Source of the DNA: an uncultured Planctomycetota bacterium
Lineage (GTDB): Bacteria > Planctomycetota > PLA2 > JAEUHO01
Length of the DNA stretch: 64,000 bases
Reading direction: 5' to 3'
NCBI GenBank assembly: GCA_963752285.1
Contig: CAVVXN010000002.1
Span: 512,001 to 576,000, forward strand
The notes under the pieces were generated by a model that was not told the DNA's origin, made no database searches, and worked only from the letters and a program-made list of their open reading frames with translations. Positions within the stretch are counted from its first letter, which is position 1; each line of letters begins with the position of its first letter. A program made the translations under genes and the position numbers. Of this stretch, positions 20,025-30,144 are shown in pieces.

Positions 20025-20921
20025 ATGGCGGGCGCCCACCCCGTAGATCGGGAACGGCGATGGGCCCTCGCCCTCGCGGTCGCGGTCGCGGCCGTGTGGG
20101 GGCTCTCGTTCGTGGCGACCCGGGCGGCGGTGGCCGAGATCGCGCCCTTCACGCTGGCGTTCCTCCGCTTCGCCATCGCGATGGTCCTGCTCGGGCCGCT
20201 CGGCAGGCGGGCCCTCGCGGGCCGGACGCTCGCGCGGCGGGACCACGTGGACCTGCTCCTCCTCGGCCTCGTGGGCGTCACCGCGGCGGTTGGCCTCGAG
20301 AACCTGGGACTCGAGCACACGACCGCGGCGCACGGAGCGCTGATCGTCTCGCTGGCGCCGATCGCCTCGGCGCTGACGGACGCGATCCGCGACCGACGTC
20401 GTCCCCCCGCGCGGAGCGTGGCGGGGCTCGTCGTGGCCCTCGCCGGCGTCGGCCTGATCGTCGGCCGCGACACCGGCGGGGGCGTCGCCACGGTGCTGGG
20501 CGACGTGCTGATCCTCGTCACGGTCCCGCTCTGGGTGGCCTACGGGATCCTCGTGAGCCGCCTGGCCCCGCGCGTCCCCCTCACGGCCGTGACCTCCGTC
20601 TCGCTCGGCTGGGGGTGCGTGATGCTCGCCCCGCTGGCGCTCGCGGAGGCCTTTCGGGGCCCGATCCGGATGCCCTCCGTGGCGGCGCTCGCCGCGCTCG
20701 TGGGGCTCGGCGTGTTCTGCTCGGCCCTCGCCTACCTCTGGTGGAACCGCGCGCTCTCGGTCCTCGGCGTGGCGACCACGAACGCGTTCATCTACGCGAT
20801 CCCCCTCTTCGCCGTGGTGGGGGGGATCGTCCTCCTCGGCGAGCCGCTGACGTTCGAGGTCGCGGCCGGCGGGACCCTCGTGATCGCCGGCCTCCTGCTG
20901 GTCGCCCGCCGCGGTCCCTGA
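20025..20921 (+). CDS. DMT/EamA family transporter
   Basis: About 10 hydrophobic helices; WGLSF, PFTLAFLRF, AYLWWNRAL, LLGEPL motifs. Confidence 0.9.
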   Translation: MAGAHPVDRERRWALALAVAVAAVWGLSFVATRAAVAEIAPFTLAFLRFAIAMVLLGPLGRRALAGRTLARRDHVDLLLLGLVGVTAAVGLENLGLEHTTAAHGALIVSLAPIASALTDAIRDRRRPPARSVAGLVVALAGVGLIVGRDTGGGVATVLGDVLILVTVPLWVAYGILVSRLAPRVPLTAVTSVSLGWGCVMLAPLALAEAFRGPIRMPSVAALAALVGLGVFCSALAYLWWNRALSVLGVATTNAFIYAIPLFAVVGGIVLLGEPLTFEVAAGGTLVIAGLLLVARRGP

Positions 20922-20937
20922 CGCGGCGCGCGCGGGC

Positions 20938-23547
20938 TCAGCGCGGGCAGCTCTTCTCGATCTGCTTCACCATGTCGGGGTCGAGGGGGGCGTCGAGCTC
21001 CCTCGCACGGTCGAGGTCGGCGCGGGCGCCGTCGCACGAGCCCACGTACGACCGCGCGAGCGCGCGGAGAAGGAAGGCGTAGCCGTTCTCGGGCTTCCAC
21101 GCGATCGCGCGGTCGAGCTCCGGGAGCGCCTCCGCGTAGCGTTCGACGTACACGAGCGACGCGCCGGCGACGAAGTGCCAGGGGCCGTAGTCGGGCTCCT
21201 TCCGCGCGGCCTCGAGCCCGTCCCGGGCGGCGTCCTCGTAGCGCCCCATGAGGAACGCCGTGTAGGCGCGCTGCCCGCGCGCTTCGTTCAGCGAGTCGTC
21301 GAGCGCGAGCGCCTTCGTGAACGAGCGGACCGCCTCCTCCGTGCCCGCCCACGCGTTGCCCCGCTCGTACCAGGCCCGGGCGTCGTCCGGCGCGAGCTCG
21401 ACCGCGCGGTCCACGTCCCTCCTCGCCTCGTCCGTCCGCTGCGCCGCGGCGAGGGCCCCGGAGCGCCCGAGGAGCGCGTCCACGTCGTCGGGCTCGTCCC
21501 GGAGCACCCGGTCGTAGTCGGACAGCGACGCCTCGGTGCGTCCGAGCTGGAACTGCCAGAACGCGCGGAAATGACGCTGCGAGCTCCAGTCGGGGTGCTG
21601 CTTCAGCACCTCCGTCATGTCGGCCACGGCTCCGGCGAAGTCGCCGAGACCGCCGCGCGCGTACCCGCGGACCGAGAGCGCGGACATGCCCCCGAGGTGG
21701 GCGTCCACGAGCTTCGCGGCCTCGGCCCCAGCGCGCTCGAAGTCGCCGTCGAGGAGGAGCGCGTTCGCGAGGAGGAGGCGCTCGCGCCAGAGGTAGGGCT
21801 GCTCGGCGAGCGGCTTCTCGAGAAGCGCGATCGCCGTCTTCGCGTCGCCGCGGAGGTACGCGAGCATCCCCTCCACGCGCGCACGGAGCGGGTGGTCGGC
21901 CGGCAGCGCCGCCGCGTCGGCCTCGGCGCCCGCGAGGAGCGCCCGCTTCGCGTCCGGCGGGGGCGTCGGGGTGAACTTCATGCTCTTCGCCGTCGCCACG
22001 GCGCTCGGGATCACGTCCGGAACCTGGAACACGCGCGCGATCGCGCGGCGGCCGTGCGCGTCGTCGTCGGTGGGGTCGAGCAGGAGGACGCGCGTCCAGT
22101 CCGTCTCGGCCTCGGCGTGACGGCCCGCGAAGCCCTCGGACCGCGCGCGCATGCGGAGCGCCGGCGGGTAGTCCGGCGCCGCGCGGACGGCGTCCTCGGC
22201 GAGGCGCCCGAGATCGGCCACCGCGCGGTCCATCCCGGGCGTGCCTTCCTGGTCGGCGGCCTCGAGGCGTTGCACCTCCTCGAGGACGGCGCGCGCCTTC
22301 CCGAGGTACCCGTCGGCGCGCGCCACCTCCGTCCGCCGAGCCGCCAGGGCGCGGAGCGCGCCCGCGCCGAGGACCGCGCCGGCCACGGCGAGGGCGAACA
22401 GGACCACCAGCGCCGCGGCGATCGCGGGCCGGCGTCGCGCGAAGCGGCGCGCCCGCTCGAGGACGCCGACCCGGTGCGCGGCGACGGTGCGTCCGTCGAG
22501 GTACCGGTCGAGGTCGTCGAGCAGCGCCTCGGCGGAGGAGTAGCGGTCGTCGGGCTGGCGCTCGGTGGCGCGCGCGACGATCCACACGAGGTCGTCCGTC
22601 CCCGTGAGCCGCGGGAACCGCCCGGCCGCGACCAGACGGAGGACCTCGACGGGGCCGGGCCCCGTGTAGGGGATCCGTCCCTCCACGAGCGCGAAGAGCG
22701 TCGCGCCGAGCCCGTACACGTCGGTCCGCGCGTCCGCGCTGGCGCCGCGCGCCTGCTCGGGCGCCATGAAGGAGGGGGTCCCGAGCACCTCGCCCGTCAC
22801 GGTCAGGTTCGAGCCGTCGTCGATCCGCCGCGCGAGCCCGAAGTCGGTGACCACCACCTGCCCGTCGGGCATCTCGATCAGGTTCGCGGGCTTGACGTCC
22901 CGGTGGACGATGCCGCGCGCGTGCGCGTGGGCCACGCCGCGCGCCGCGTCGCGCACCACCTCGACCGCGCGCCGCCGGTCGAGCGTGCGTCCCTGGAGGG
23001 ACTCGCCCTCGACGTAGTGCATCGCGAGGAACACGCGTTCGTCGTGGGCGCCCACGTCGTAGACCTGCGCGACGTTCGGGTGCGACAGCTCCGCGGCGAG
23101 CGCCGCCTCCCGGAGGAACCGGGGAACGAGGTCCGGGTCGGGCACGAGCAGGAACTTGAGCGCCACCCAGCGCGCGAGCGACCGGTCGTAGGCCTTCCAG
23201 ACCTCGCCCATGCCCCCTTGGCCGAGCTTCGAGACGAGCACGTAGCGGCCGAAGCACGCCCGGGGGTCGCCGGCCCGCGCGCGGACGTCGGACGGGAGCG
23301 TCGAGTCGTCGGGGGGGCCGACCTGCTCCAGCACGTCCAGGTCGCGCTCGAGCCGGGCGAGCAGCCGGCCGGGGATCACCCCCTCCGAGACGAGGCGTGG
23401 GGCGAGGCCGCCCGGCGAGGTGCTCTCGAGCCACCGCGCGATCTCGTCGCTCCCGACGAGGCCGCGCTCGACGAGAAGGTCCGCGAGACGGCGGTCCCGC
23501 TGGGAGGCCTCCAGGTCCTCGGGGGCGGCTCGGTCGGAGGTCACCAC
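20938..23547 (-). CDS. Hanks-type Ser/Thr protein kinase with TM segment and C-terminal TPR array
   Basis: LGQGGMGEVWKA, VALK, HRDVKPAN, DFGLA, GTPSFMAPEQ; TM helix; multiple TPR-like repeats. Confidence 0.92.
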   Translation of the reverse strand: MVTSDRAAPEDLEASQRDRRLADLLVERGLVGSDEIARWLESTSPGGLAPRLVSEGVIPGRLLARLERDLDVLEQVGPPDDSTLPSDVRARAGDPRACFGRYVLVSKLGQGGMGEVWKAYDRSLARWVALKFLLVPDPDLVPRFLREAALAAELSHPNVAQVYDVGAHDERVFLAMHYVEGESLQGRTLDRRRAVEVVRDAARGVAHAHARGIVHRDVKPANLIEMPDGQVVVTDFGLARRIDDGSNLTVTGEVLGTPSFMAPEQARGASADARTDVYGLGATLFALVEGRIPYTGPGPVEVLRLVAAGRFPRLTGTDDLVWIVARATERQPDDRYSSAEALLDDLDRYLDGRTVAAHRVGVLERARRFARRRPAIAAALVVLFALAVAGAVLGAGALRALAARRTEVARADGYLGKARAVLEEVQRLEAADQEGTPGMDRAVADLGRLAEDAVRAAPDYPPALRMRARSEGFAGRHAEAETDWTRVLLLDPTDDDAHGRRAIARVFQVPDVIPSAVATAKSMKFTPTPPPDAKRALLAGAEADAAALPADHPLRARVEGMLAYLRGDAKTAIALLEKPLAEQPYLWRERLLLANALLLDGDFERAGAEAAKLVDAHLGGMSALSVRGYARGGLGDFAGAVADMTEVLKQHPDWSSQRHFRAFWQFQLGRTEASLSDYDRVLRDEPDDVDALLGRSGALAAAQRTDEARRDVDRAVELAPDDARAWYERGNAWAGTEEAVRSFTKALALDDSLNEARGQRAYTAFLMGRYEDAARDGLEAARKEPDYGPWHFVAGASLVYVERYAEALPELDRAIAWKPENGYAFLLRALARSYVGSCDGARADLDRARELDAPLDPDMVKQIEKSCPR

Positions 23548-23625
23548 GAGAGCCTACCGGCCCTCGGGCGTGGGGGGTACGGCGTACGATTCCCACGTCG
23601 CCCAGGGAGGGCGCGGGAGGATCCG

Positions 23626-23880
23626 ATGGACGGAGTGATGCTCGGGATCGCGGTGCTCGCCTTCGTTTTGGTCCTGTCCCCCCGGCTGGGGTGGGACGCG
23701 GGCCCCGCGCGACTGAAGATGCTGGTGGCGGCCGTGCTCTACGGCCTCTCGATCGCGCTGCCGACCTTCGCGCTCTTGGGTACCACCCGGGAGACGGGCT
23801 GGGCCGTCGCGGGCGGCATCGCGGGCGCGGCCGGCGCCGTGGTCACGATCCTCGCGGTGCTGGACCTGCGGCGGGCCTGA
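23626..23880 (+). CDS. Small membrane protein (84 aa, ~3 TM)
   Basis: GGAGG RBS, ATG, three hydrophobic stretches, TACGAT -10-like hexamer upstream. Confidence 0.65.
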   Translation: MDGVMLGIAVLAFVLVLSPRLGWDAGPARLKMLVAAVLYGLSIALPTFALLGTTRETGWAVAGGIAGAAGAVVTILAVLDLRRA

Positions 23881-23892
23881 GCCCGCGTCGGT

Positions 23893-24798
23893 TCAGGCGA
23901 CGGCCGCCGCGAGCGCCCCGAGCGTCTCGGCGACGTCGGCCCGGACGCGGACCGCGGCGTCGTCGTCGGCCCGCGTGCGGCCCAGGTTCACGATGGCGAC
24001 CGGCACGCCCCGATCGTGCGCGCTGCGCACGAACCGGTACCCCGAGAACACCATCAGGGACGACCCGGCCACGAGCAGGAGGTCCGCCTCGCCGACCCGG
24101 GCGTACGCCTCCTCCACGCGCGGCTTCGGCACGTTCTCCCCGAAGAAGACGACGTCCGGCTTCAGGACCCCGCCGCACGCCTCGCAACCCGGAACGACGA
24201 TGCCCGCGAGGTCCACGCCCTCGAGGTCGGCGTCGCCGTCGGGGGCGGTGGGCGCCGACCGCCCCGCGACCGGGCGGAACGATCCGGCGAGCCGCGCCTG
24301 GTAGGCCTCGCGCGAGGACCGCGCACGGCACCTGAGGCACACGACCTCGTCGATGCGGCCGTGCAGGTCGAGCACGCGCCGGCTCCCGGCGCGCTGGTGA
24401 AGGCCGTCCACGTTCTGCGTCAGCACGTGGTGCACGCGACCCGCCGCCTCGAGCCGTTCGAGGGCGCGGTGCGCCGCGTTCGGTCGCGCGTCGCGCATGC
24501 GCGGCCATCCGACGAGGCTGCGGGCCCAGTATCGGCGTCGCGCAGCGTCGCTGTCGGCGAAGGCCCGGAACGCCATCGGCGGCCGCCGTTTCCACGCGCC
24601 GTTCTCGTCGCGGTAGTCGGGAATGCCCGACGCGGTGCTGATTCCGGCCCCCGTCAGCACGACCCACCTCCGGCGCGCCGACGCGAGGTCGAGGAGCGGT
24701 CGAACGGACGCCGGGGACGGGCCCGGGTGGGCGGACGTGGGGGGAGAGGTCAAGGGGGTCTCTGGCGACGAGGTCCTGGGAAGCGCGCGGACGGGCAT
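23893..24798 (-). CDS. cobB: NAD-dependent protein deacylase (sirtuin, SIRT4-like)
   Basis: TGAGISTASGIPDYR, TQNVDGLHQRAG, LHG, CxxC...CxxC, LKPDVVFFGE, GSSLMV; start uncertain. Confidence 0.9.
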   Translation of the reverse strand: MPVRALPRTSSPETPLTSPPTSAHPGPSPASVRPLLDLASARRRWVVLTGAGISTASGIPDYRDENGAWKRRPPMAFRAFADSDAARRRYWARSLVGWPRMRDARPNAAHRALERLEAAGRVHHVLTQNVDGLHQRAGSRRVLDLHGRIDEVVCLRCRARSSREAYQARLAGSFRPVAGRSAPTAPDGDADLEGVDLAGIVVPGCEACGGVLKPDVVFFGENVPKPRVEEAYARVGEADLLLVAGSSLMVFSGYRFVRSAHDRGVPVAIVNLGRTRADDDAAVRVRADVAETLGALAAAVA

Positions 24799-24910
24799 CG
24801 TATCCGTCCGCGCCCGGTCCCGCCGCGCGCGGTCCGCGCGTGCACCCTCTCTCCGCGAGGTTGAGCGGTAGGATGCGCGGTCCTCGCGACGCCGCCGCAC
24901 GCGAGCTCCG

Positions 24911-26836
24911 ATGCCCAACGAACCCAGCCCTCCCGCCCCGGACCCCTTCACGCCCGACCTCTCGGGGCACACGCTGCTCGGCACGTATCGCGTCGAGCGC
25001 TACCTCGCCGACGGCGGCATGGGGCGGGTGTACCTCGCGCGCGACGTCTCGCTCGACCGGGCCGTGATCGTGAAGGTGCCGCACCCGCGCTTCCTCGCGG
25101 AGCCGGGCTTCCGCGAGCGCTTCGCGGCCGAGATCGCGGGGCTCGTCCGGCTCGAGCACCCGCACGTCGTGCGCATCCTGGGCCGCGGCGAGGAGGACGG
25201 CGTGCCGTTCCTCGTCCTGCAGTACCTCGGCGGGGGCTCGCTCGAGTCGCGGCTCGAGTCGGCGCGGCGTCGTCGGCTGCCGGTGGGCGAGATCGTCTCG
25301 TGGCTGCCGGCCGTCGCGACCACGCTCGACGTGGTCCACGAGCGCGGGTACCTCCACCGCGACGTGAAGCCGGCCAACATCCTCTTCGACGAGGAGGGCC
25401 ATCCGTTCCTCTCGGACTTCGGCGTGGCGAAGGCGGTCGAGTCGGACGATGCGGGCCGTACGAACCCCGGCACCGGCGTCGGCTCGCCGCGGTACATGGC
25501 CCCCGAGCAGGCGATCGGCGACTCGATCGGTCCTGCGGCCGACCAGTACGCCCTGGCCTCCTGCGTGTACGAGTGCCTCGCGGGGTCCCCGCCGTTCGCG
25601 CGGGGCGGCGCCGTCGAGACGATGGTCGCGAAGACGAAGGAGGAGGCGCCGCCGATCGCCGCCCGGGCGTCGAATCTCCCGCCGGTCGCGGCGGACGCCG
25701 TGATGCGCGCGCTCTCGCGGGTGCCGGAGGCCCGGTTCGGGAGCTGCCGCGGCTTCGCGGAGGCGTTCCTCCAGGGCCTCGGCCTCGCCGTGCCGGGGAC
25801 GCCCGCGCCCACGACGGGGACCCGGATCCCCACGGTGCCGCGGCGCGCCGGGCGTCGTCGCTACGTCGTCGGGATTGCCGCCGGGCTCGCGCTGGCCGCG
25901 ACCGCCGCGGTCCTGTTGGGAATCCGTCCGCCGCCTTCGGGCGCGCCGGCCGAGCCGCACCGGACCGAGGTGCACCTCTCGAACGCGGGTGCGGAGCCGC
26001 GACAGCTCCTGCGCTACCAGGTGGCCGCGGGCGCGCGGGAGCGCGTGCACATCGACCTCGAGATGCGGACGCAGGTGAAGCCCCAGGTCGCGCCGGGCGC
26101 GTCCACCTCGGACCCGGCCCCGGCCGCGGTCGTGGCCGACCGCCTGGCGGTGGACGCCGAGGTGAACGTGGAGAAGGTGAACCCGAGCACGGGGGAGTTC
26201 GAGTACACCCTGGAGGTCCTCGACGTCACCCTGCCGTCCTCCGGGCCGGACCCCGAGGCGGAGCGGCCGCGGCACTGGTTCACGCCCGACGAGGTCCGTC
26301 CGCTCGTGGGCGTGCGCCTGCGCGCGACCGCCGACGCGCTGGGACGCGTGCGCGCATTCGAGCGCACGGGGAGCACGGACGCGCTCCCGTCGAACAGCCA
26401 GAGCGCGCTCGAGCTCGTTCACGTCGGCCTGCGCGAGGCCTTCGTTCCGCTGCCCGCGGAGCCCGTGGGCGTCGGCGCGGAGTGGACGGTCGCGGAGACC
26501 GGGATCGAGGCGGGCATCTGGAGCGCGAAGGCCACCAGCTACAAGCTCCGGGAGAAAGCGGGGTACGAGCTGACCATCGAGACGGACAGCGGAGGGGTCC
26601 GGCGACCGCGGGACCTCTCGCTGCCGGGCGTGACCGGGTTCGCGGTCCGTCTCGGGACCATGACCACGTCCACGCGGGGGACCGTGGTCCAGAACCTGAC
26701 GCAGCTCGCGCCGGTCTCGGGCGCGATGCGTGGCACGGCCGACGTCTCGATCGAGCGGACCGGGGCCAAGCCGTCCGGCGACCTCGAGATCGTGACCCTC
26801 GCCGAGATGCGCCGCGTCGAGAAGGACGTGCGCTGA
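24911..26836 (+). CDS. Hanks-type Ser/Thr kinase with TM and extracytoplasmic beta-rich domain
   Basis: LADGGMGRVY, HRDVKPAN, DFGVAK, GSPRYMAPEQ; TM helix; C-terminal domain starting NAGAEPRQLLRY. Confidence 0.9.
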   Translation: MPNEPSPPAPDPFTPDLSGHTLLGTYRVERYLADGGMGRVYLARDVSLDRAVIVKVPHPRFLAEPGFRERFAAEIAGLVRLEHPHVVRILGRGEEDGVPFLVLQYLGGGSLESRLESARRRRLPVGEIVSWLPAVATTLDVVHERGYLHRDVKPANILFDEEGHPFLSDFGVAKAVESDDAGRTNPGTGVGSPRYMAPEQAIGDSIGPAADQYALASCVYECLAGSPPFARGGAVETMVAKTKEEAPPIAARASNLPPVAADAVMRALSRVPEARFGSCRGFAEAFLQGLGLAVPGTPAPTTGTRIPTVPRRAGRRRYVVGIAAGLALAATAAVLLGIRPPPSGAPAEPHRTEVHLSNAGAEPRQLLRYQVAAGARERVHIDLEMRTQVKPQVAPGASTSDPAPAAVVADRLAVDAEVNVEKVNPSTGEFEYTLEVLDVTLPSSGPDPEAERPRHWFTPDEVRPLVGVRLRATADALGRVRAFERTGSTDALPSNSQSALELVHVGLREAFVPLPAEPVGVGAEWTVAETGIEAGIWSAKATSYKLREKAGYELTIETDSGGVRRPRDLSLPGVTGFAVRLGTMTTSTRGTVVQNLTQLAPVSGAMRGTADVSIERTGAKPSGDLEIVTLAEMRRVEKDVR

Positions 26837-26844
26837 GGCCCGCG

Positions 26845-27921
26845 GTGCGCGTCGCGGACCTGGACTACGACCTCCCCGCGTCGCAGGTCGCGCAGGTGCC
26901 GCCCGCGCGGCGCGAGGATGCGCGGCTGCTCGTGGTGCGGGACGAGGCGATCGCCGACCGCTCGATCGGCGACCTGCCCGAGCTCCTGCAACCGGGCGAC
27001 CTCCTGGTCGTGAACGACACGCGCGTGCTCGCGGCGCGCCTCGCCGCGCGGCGCGCGACCGGCGGCGCGGTGAGCGTGCTGGCCCTCGGACCCGCGTCCG
27101 GGGCCGGCGAGGCGTGGGAGGCGCTGCTCGGGTCGGGGGGGACGCTTCGTGCCGGGGAGGTGCTGGAGGTCGGAGGCGACGGGACGGGGCTCCGGCTCCT
27201 CGGCCCGCTCGAGGAAGGACGGTGGCGCGTCGAGGGCGTGGGCGCGGACGTACGCACGATCCTCGAACGACACGGACGGATGCCGCTCCCGCCGTACGTG
27301 CGCCGGGACCGCGAGGATCCCCGCGACGACCTCGACCGGGAGCGTTACCAGACGGTCTTCGCGCGCGAGGCGGGCGCCGTCGCGGCGCCGACGGCGGGTC
27401 TCCACCTGACGGCACCGCTCCTCGATCGGTGTCGCGCCCGTGGGGTCGAGATCGCGCCGGTCACCCTGCACGTCGGTCTCGGAACGTTCGCGCCCGTCCG
27501 GGTGGAGTCCTTCGAGGACCACGACATGCACGAGGAGGCGTACGTGGTCCCGGAGGGCACGGCCGCGGCGTGGGTGCGGGCCCGCGAGGCGGGAGGACGG
27601 GTCGTCGCCGTGGGGACGACGGTGGTCCGCGCGCTCGAGTCGGCCGCGCTCCGGTCGCCGGACGGCCGCCCGGTCCGAGGGGCGGATCGAACGCGGTTGC
27701 TCGTCCTCCCGGGTTTCGCGTTTCGCGCCGTGGACCTCCTCCTCACGAACTTCCACCTCCCGCGTTCGACGCTTCTCGCGCTGGTCTGCGCGTTCGCCGG
27801 CACCGAGCGCGTGCTGGCCGCGTACCGCGAGGCCGTCCGCCGTGGCTACCGGTTCTTCTCGTACGGCGACGCGACCCTCCTCACGCGCGAGGCGGCCGGG
27901 ACGTGCCGTTCCCCGCCGTGA
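26845..27921 (+). CDS. queA: S-adenosylmethionine:tRNA ribosyltransferase-isomerase
   Basis: DYDLP..QVAQ, VVNDTRV, MPLPPY, RYQTVFA, AAPTAGLH, TLHVGLGTF, TNFHLPRST, YRFFSYGDA. Confidence 0.97.
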   Translation: MRVADLDYDLPASQVAQVPPARREDARLLVVRDEAIADRSIGDLPELLQPGDLLVVNDTRVLAARLAARRATGGAVSVLALGPASGAGEAWEALLGSGGTLRAGEVLEVGGDGTGLRLLGPLEEGRWRVEGVGADVRTILERHGRMPLPPYVRRDREDPRDDLDRERYQTVFAREAGAVAAPTAGLHLTAPLLDRCRARGVEIAPVTLHVGLGTFAPVRVESFEDHDMHEEAYVVPEGTAAAWVRAREAGGRVVAVGTTVVRALESAALRSPDGRPVRGADRTRLLVLPGFAFRAVDLLLTNFHLPRSTLLALVCAFAGTERVLAAYREAVRRGYRFFSYGDATLLTREAAGTCRSPP

Positions 27922-29090
27922 CCTCGTGTCCGCCGCCGACCGCCGCGCGAACGGGACCGCCCGGGGACCCGATCCCCGAGCTCACGTCGATCGGCCGCTC
28001 GCACGGCTTCGAGGTCGTCGGCGTGACGTCGGGCGATCTCCTCGACGCCGCGCGCGACGCGCTGAGGGCGTGGCTCGCCGCGGGCCACCACGCCGGCATG
28101 GGGTGGATGGCGCGCGACCCCGACGGGCGCGCCGACCCACGGCGTCTCTCGGACGAGGTCCGAAGCGTCGTGACGGTCGCCGTGGCCCACGCCTCGAAGG
28201 CCCCGCCCTTCGAGGCCGAGGGCCGCTACGGGCGCGTCGCGCGGTACGCGTGGGGGCGCGACTACCACGGCGAGATGCTCCCCCGTCTCCGGGCGATGGG
28301 GGAAGACGTCAAGATGCGCCTCGGCGCGCGCCGGTTCTTCGCGCTCACCGACCACGCGCCGTTCCTCGAGCGCGCGGCGGCCGTGCGCGCGGGCGTGGGC
28401 TTCGCCGGGAAGAACACGTGCCTGATCCGGCCGCGCGAGGGCTCCTGGTTCCTGCTCGGCGAGCTCCTCGTGGACGTGGACCTTCCGCCGACCGCGCCGT
28501 CGGGCGCGGAGCACTGCGGGACGTGCACGCGCTGCCTTCCCGCCTGTCCGACCGACGCGTTCGTGGCGCCGTACGTGCTCGACGCGCGCCGGTGCGTCTC
28601 GTACCTCACGATCGAGCACCGCGGCGCGATCGACCGCGCGCTCCGCCCCCGGATGGGCGCGTGGGTCTTCGGCTGCGACGTCTGCCAGGAGGTCTGCCCG
28701 TTCAACGAGGGGAGGGCCCCCGTGCCCTGGCCCTCCCTCGAGCCCGACCAGGGCGTCGGTCCGCGCCTCGACCTCGTGGAGACGCTCTCCCTCTGCGACG
28801 ACGACGCGTTCCGGCGCCGCTTCGCGGGGACGCCGCTCCTCCGCCCGCGCCGCGCGGGGCTGCTCCGAAACGCCGCGATCGCCGCGCGAAACGTCGGCGC
28901 GACCGCGGCGGTCCCCGCCCTCGTGTCGCGTGTGACGGACGACTCCGAGCCCGGGGTGCGCGGCCCCGCGCTCTTCGCCCTCTTCGGTCTCGCTCCGGAC
29001 CGCGCCCGCCCGCTCGCCGACCGAGCCCGCCGCGCCGACCCCGACCCGACCGTCCGCGCGGAGGCGGAGGCGGGCCTCGCCGAATCCTGA
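27918..29090 (+). CDS. queG: Epoxyqueuosine reductase
   Basis: VARYAWGRDYH, GKNT, CGTCTRCLPACPT, CVSYLTIE, FGCDVCQEVCP; GTGA overlap with queA. Confidence 0.95.
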   Translation: MTSCPPPTAARTGPPGDPIPELTSIGRSHGFEVVGVTSGDLLDAARDALRAWLAAGHHAGMGWMARDPDGRADPRRLSDEVRSVVTVAVAHASKAPPFEAEGRYGRVARYAWGRDYHGEMLPRLRAMGEDVKMRLGARRFFALTDHAPFLERAAAVRAGVGFAGKNTCLIRPREGSWFLLGELLVDVDLPPTAPSGAEHCGTCTRCLPACPTDAFVAPYVLDARRCVSYLTIEHRGAIDRALRPRMGAWVFGCDVCQEVCPFNEGRAPVPWPSLEPDQGVGPRLDLVETLSLCDDDAFRRRFAGTPLLRPRRAGLLRNAAIAARNVGATAAVPALVSRVTDDSEPGVRGPALFALFGLAPDRARPLADRARRADPDPTVRAEAEAGLAES

Positions 29091-29207
29091 CCGCGCCCGC
29101 CCCCTCGCCGCCGGGCGACGTTGCCGAGCGACGGCGCGGCGGCGTCCGGCCGAGGGCCCGTCGATCGCGCCCGCGGTCCAGGGTGCGCGCCGAGACGAGC
29201 CGTGCGG

Positions 29208-30140
29208 TCAAGGGTTCGCGCGGGGGTCCTGCAAGATCCGACGCGTGCGGAGGGTCGGGCCGTCGCGCCCTGCGATCGCCACGAGTCGGCCATCGGCCTC
29301 CACGCGAACGTCGCCGGGCACGCCGCGCTCGTGCTCCTCGAGCACGACGGGATGCCCGCGCGCGAGGAGCCCGAGGCGTTCGGCCGACAGCGCGAGGACG
29401 GGCAGGTCGGCGACCGCCGCCGCGAGCGGCGCCACGACCCCTTGGAACCGGCCCGACGCGCCCGCCGCGCGGACCGCGTCGAGCGTCGCGAGGTCCGCCT
29501 CGCGGAAGGGACCCTCCTCCGTGCGCCGGAGCGACTCGACGTGCGCGCCACACCCGAGCCGGCGGCCGAGGTCGCGCGCGATCGCGCGCACGTAGGTCCC
29601 GGGCCCGCAGCAGAGGTCGAGCACGGCCGTGTCGATGCGCTCGGTCGCGTGGGCCCCGTCCACGAGGTCGAGGCCGTGCACGAGGACCCGGCGCGGCGCG
29701 TGCTCGACCGGCGCGCCGCGCCGGGCGCGGTGGTACGCGCGCTCGCCCTCCACGCGGAGGGCGGCGAAGGTGGGGGGGACCTGCTCGACGTCGCCCACGA
29801 AATCGGCGAGCGACGCGCGGACCTCGGCCGCCGTGGGCCGCGCGTCGCTTCGCCGCGTGATCTCGCCCTGGGCGTCGTCCGTCGTCCGCTCCTCGCCGAA
29901 CCGGACCGAGAAGCGATACCGCCGCGGCGCGCGGGCGAGCCAGGGGATCAGCTTCGTCGCGTCGCCGAGCGCGATCGCGAGCGCCCCCGACGCCAGGGGG
30001 TCGAGGGTCCCCGCGTAGCCGGCCTTCTTCGGGCCGATCGCGTCCTTCACCAGCTCGAGCGCCGCGGTCGATCCGACGCCGACCGGCTTGTCGAGGGCGA
30101 TCCACCCGTGGACCGCGCGTCGCGGGCTCGGCCGGGTCAC
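29208..30140 (-). CDS. truB: tRNA pseudouridine(55) synthase
   Basis: LDKPVG, GTLDPLASG, TTDDAQG, QVPPTFAAL, GTYVRAIARDLG, LRRT. Confidence 0.93.
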   Translation of the reverse strand: MTRPSPRRAVHGWIALDKPVGVGSTAALELVKDAIGPKKAGYAGTLDPLASGALAIALGDATKLIPWLARAPRRYRFSVRFGEERTTDDAQGEITRRSDARPTAAEVRASLADFVGDVEQVPPTFAALRVEGERAYHRARRGAPVEHAPRRVLVHGLDLVDGAHATERIDTAVLDLCCGPGTYVRAIARDLGRRLGCGAHVESLRRTEEGPFREADLATLDAVRAAGASGRFQGVVAPLAAAVADLPVLALSAERLGLLARGHPVVLEEHERGVPGDVRVEADGRLVAIAGRDGPTLRTRRILQDPRANP

Positions 30141-30144
30141 GCCG

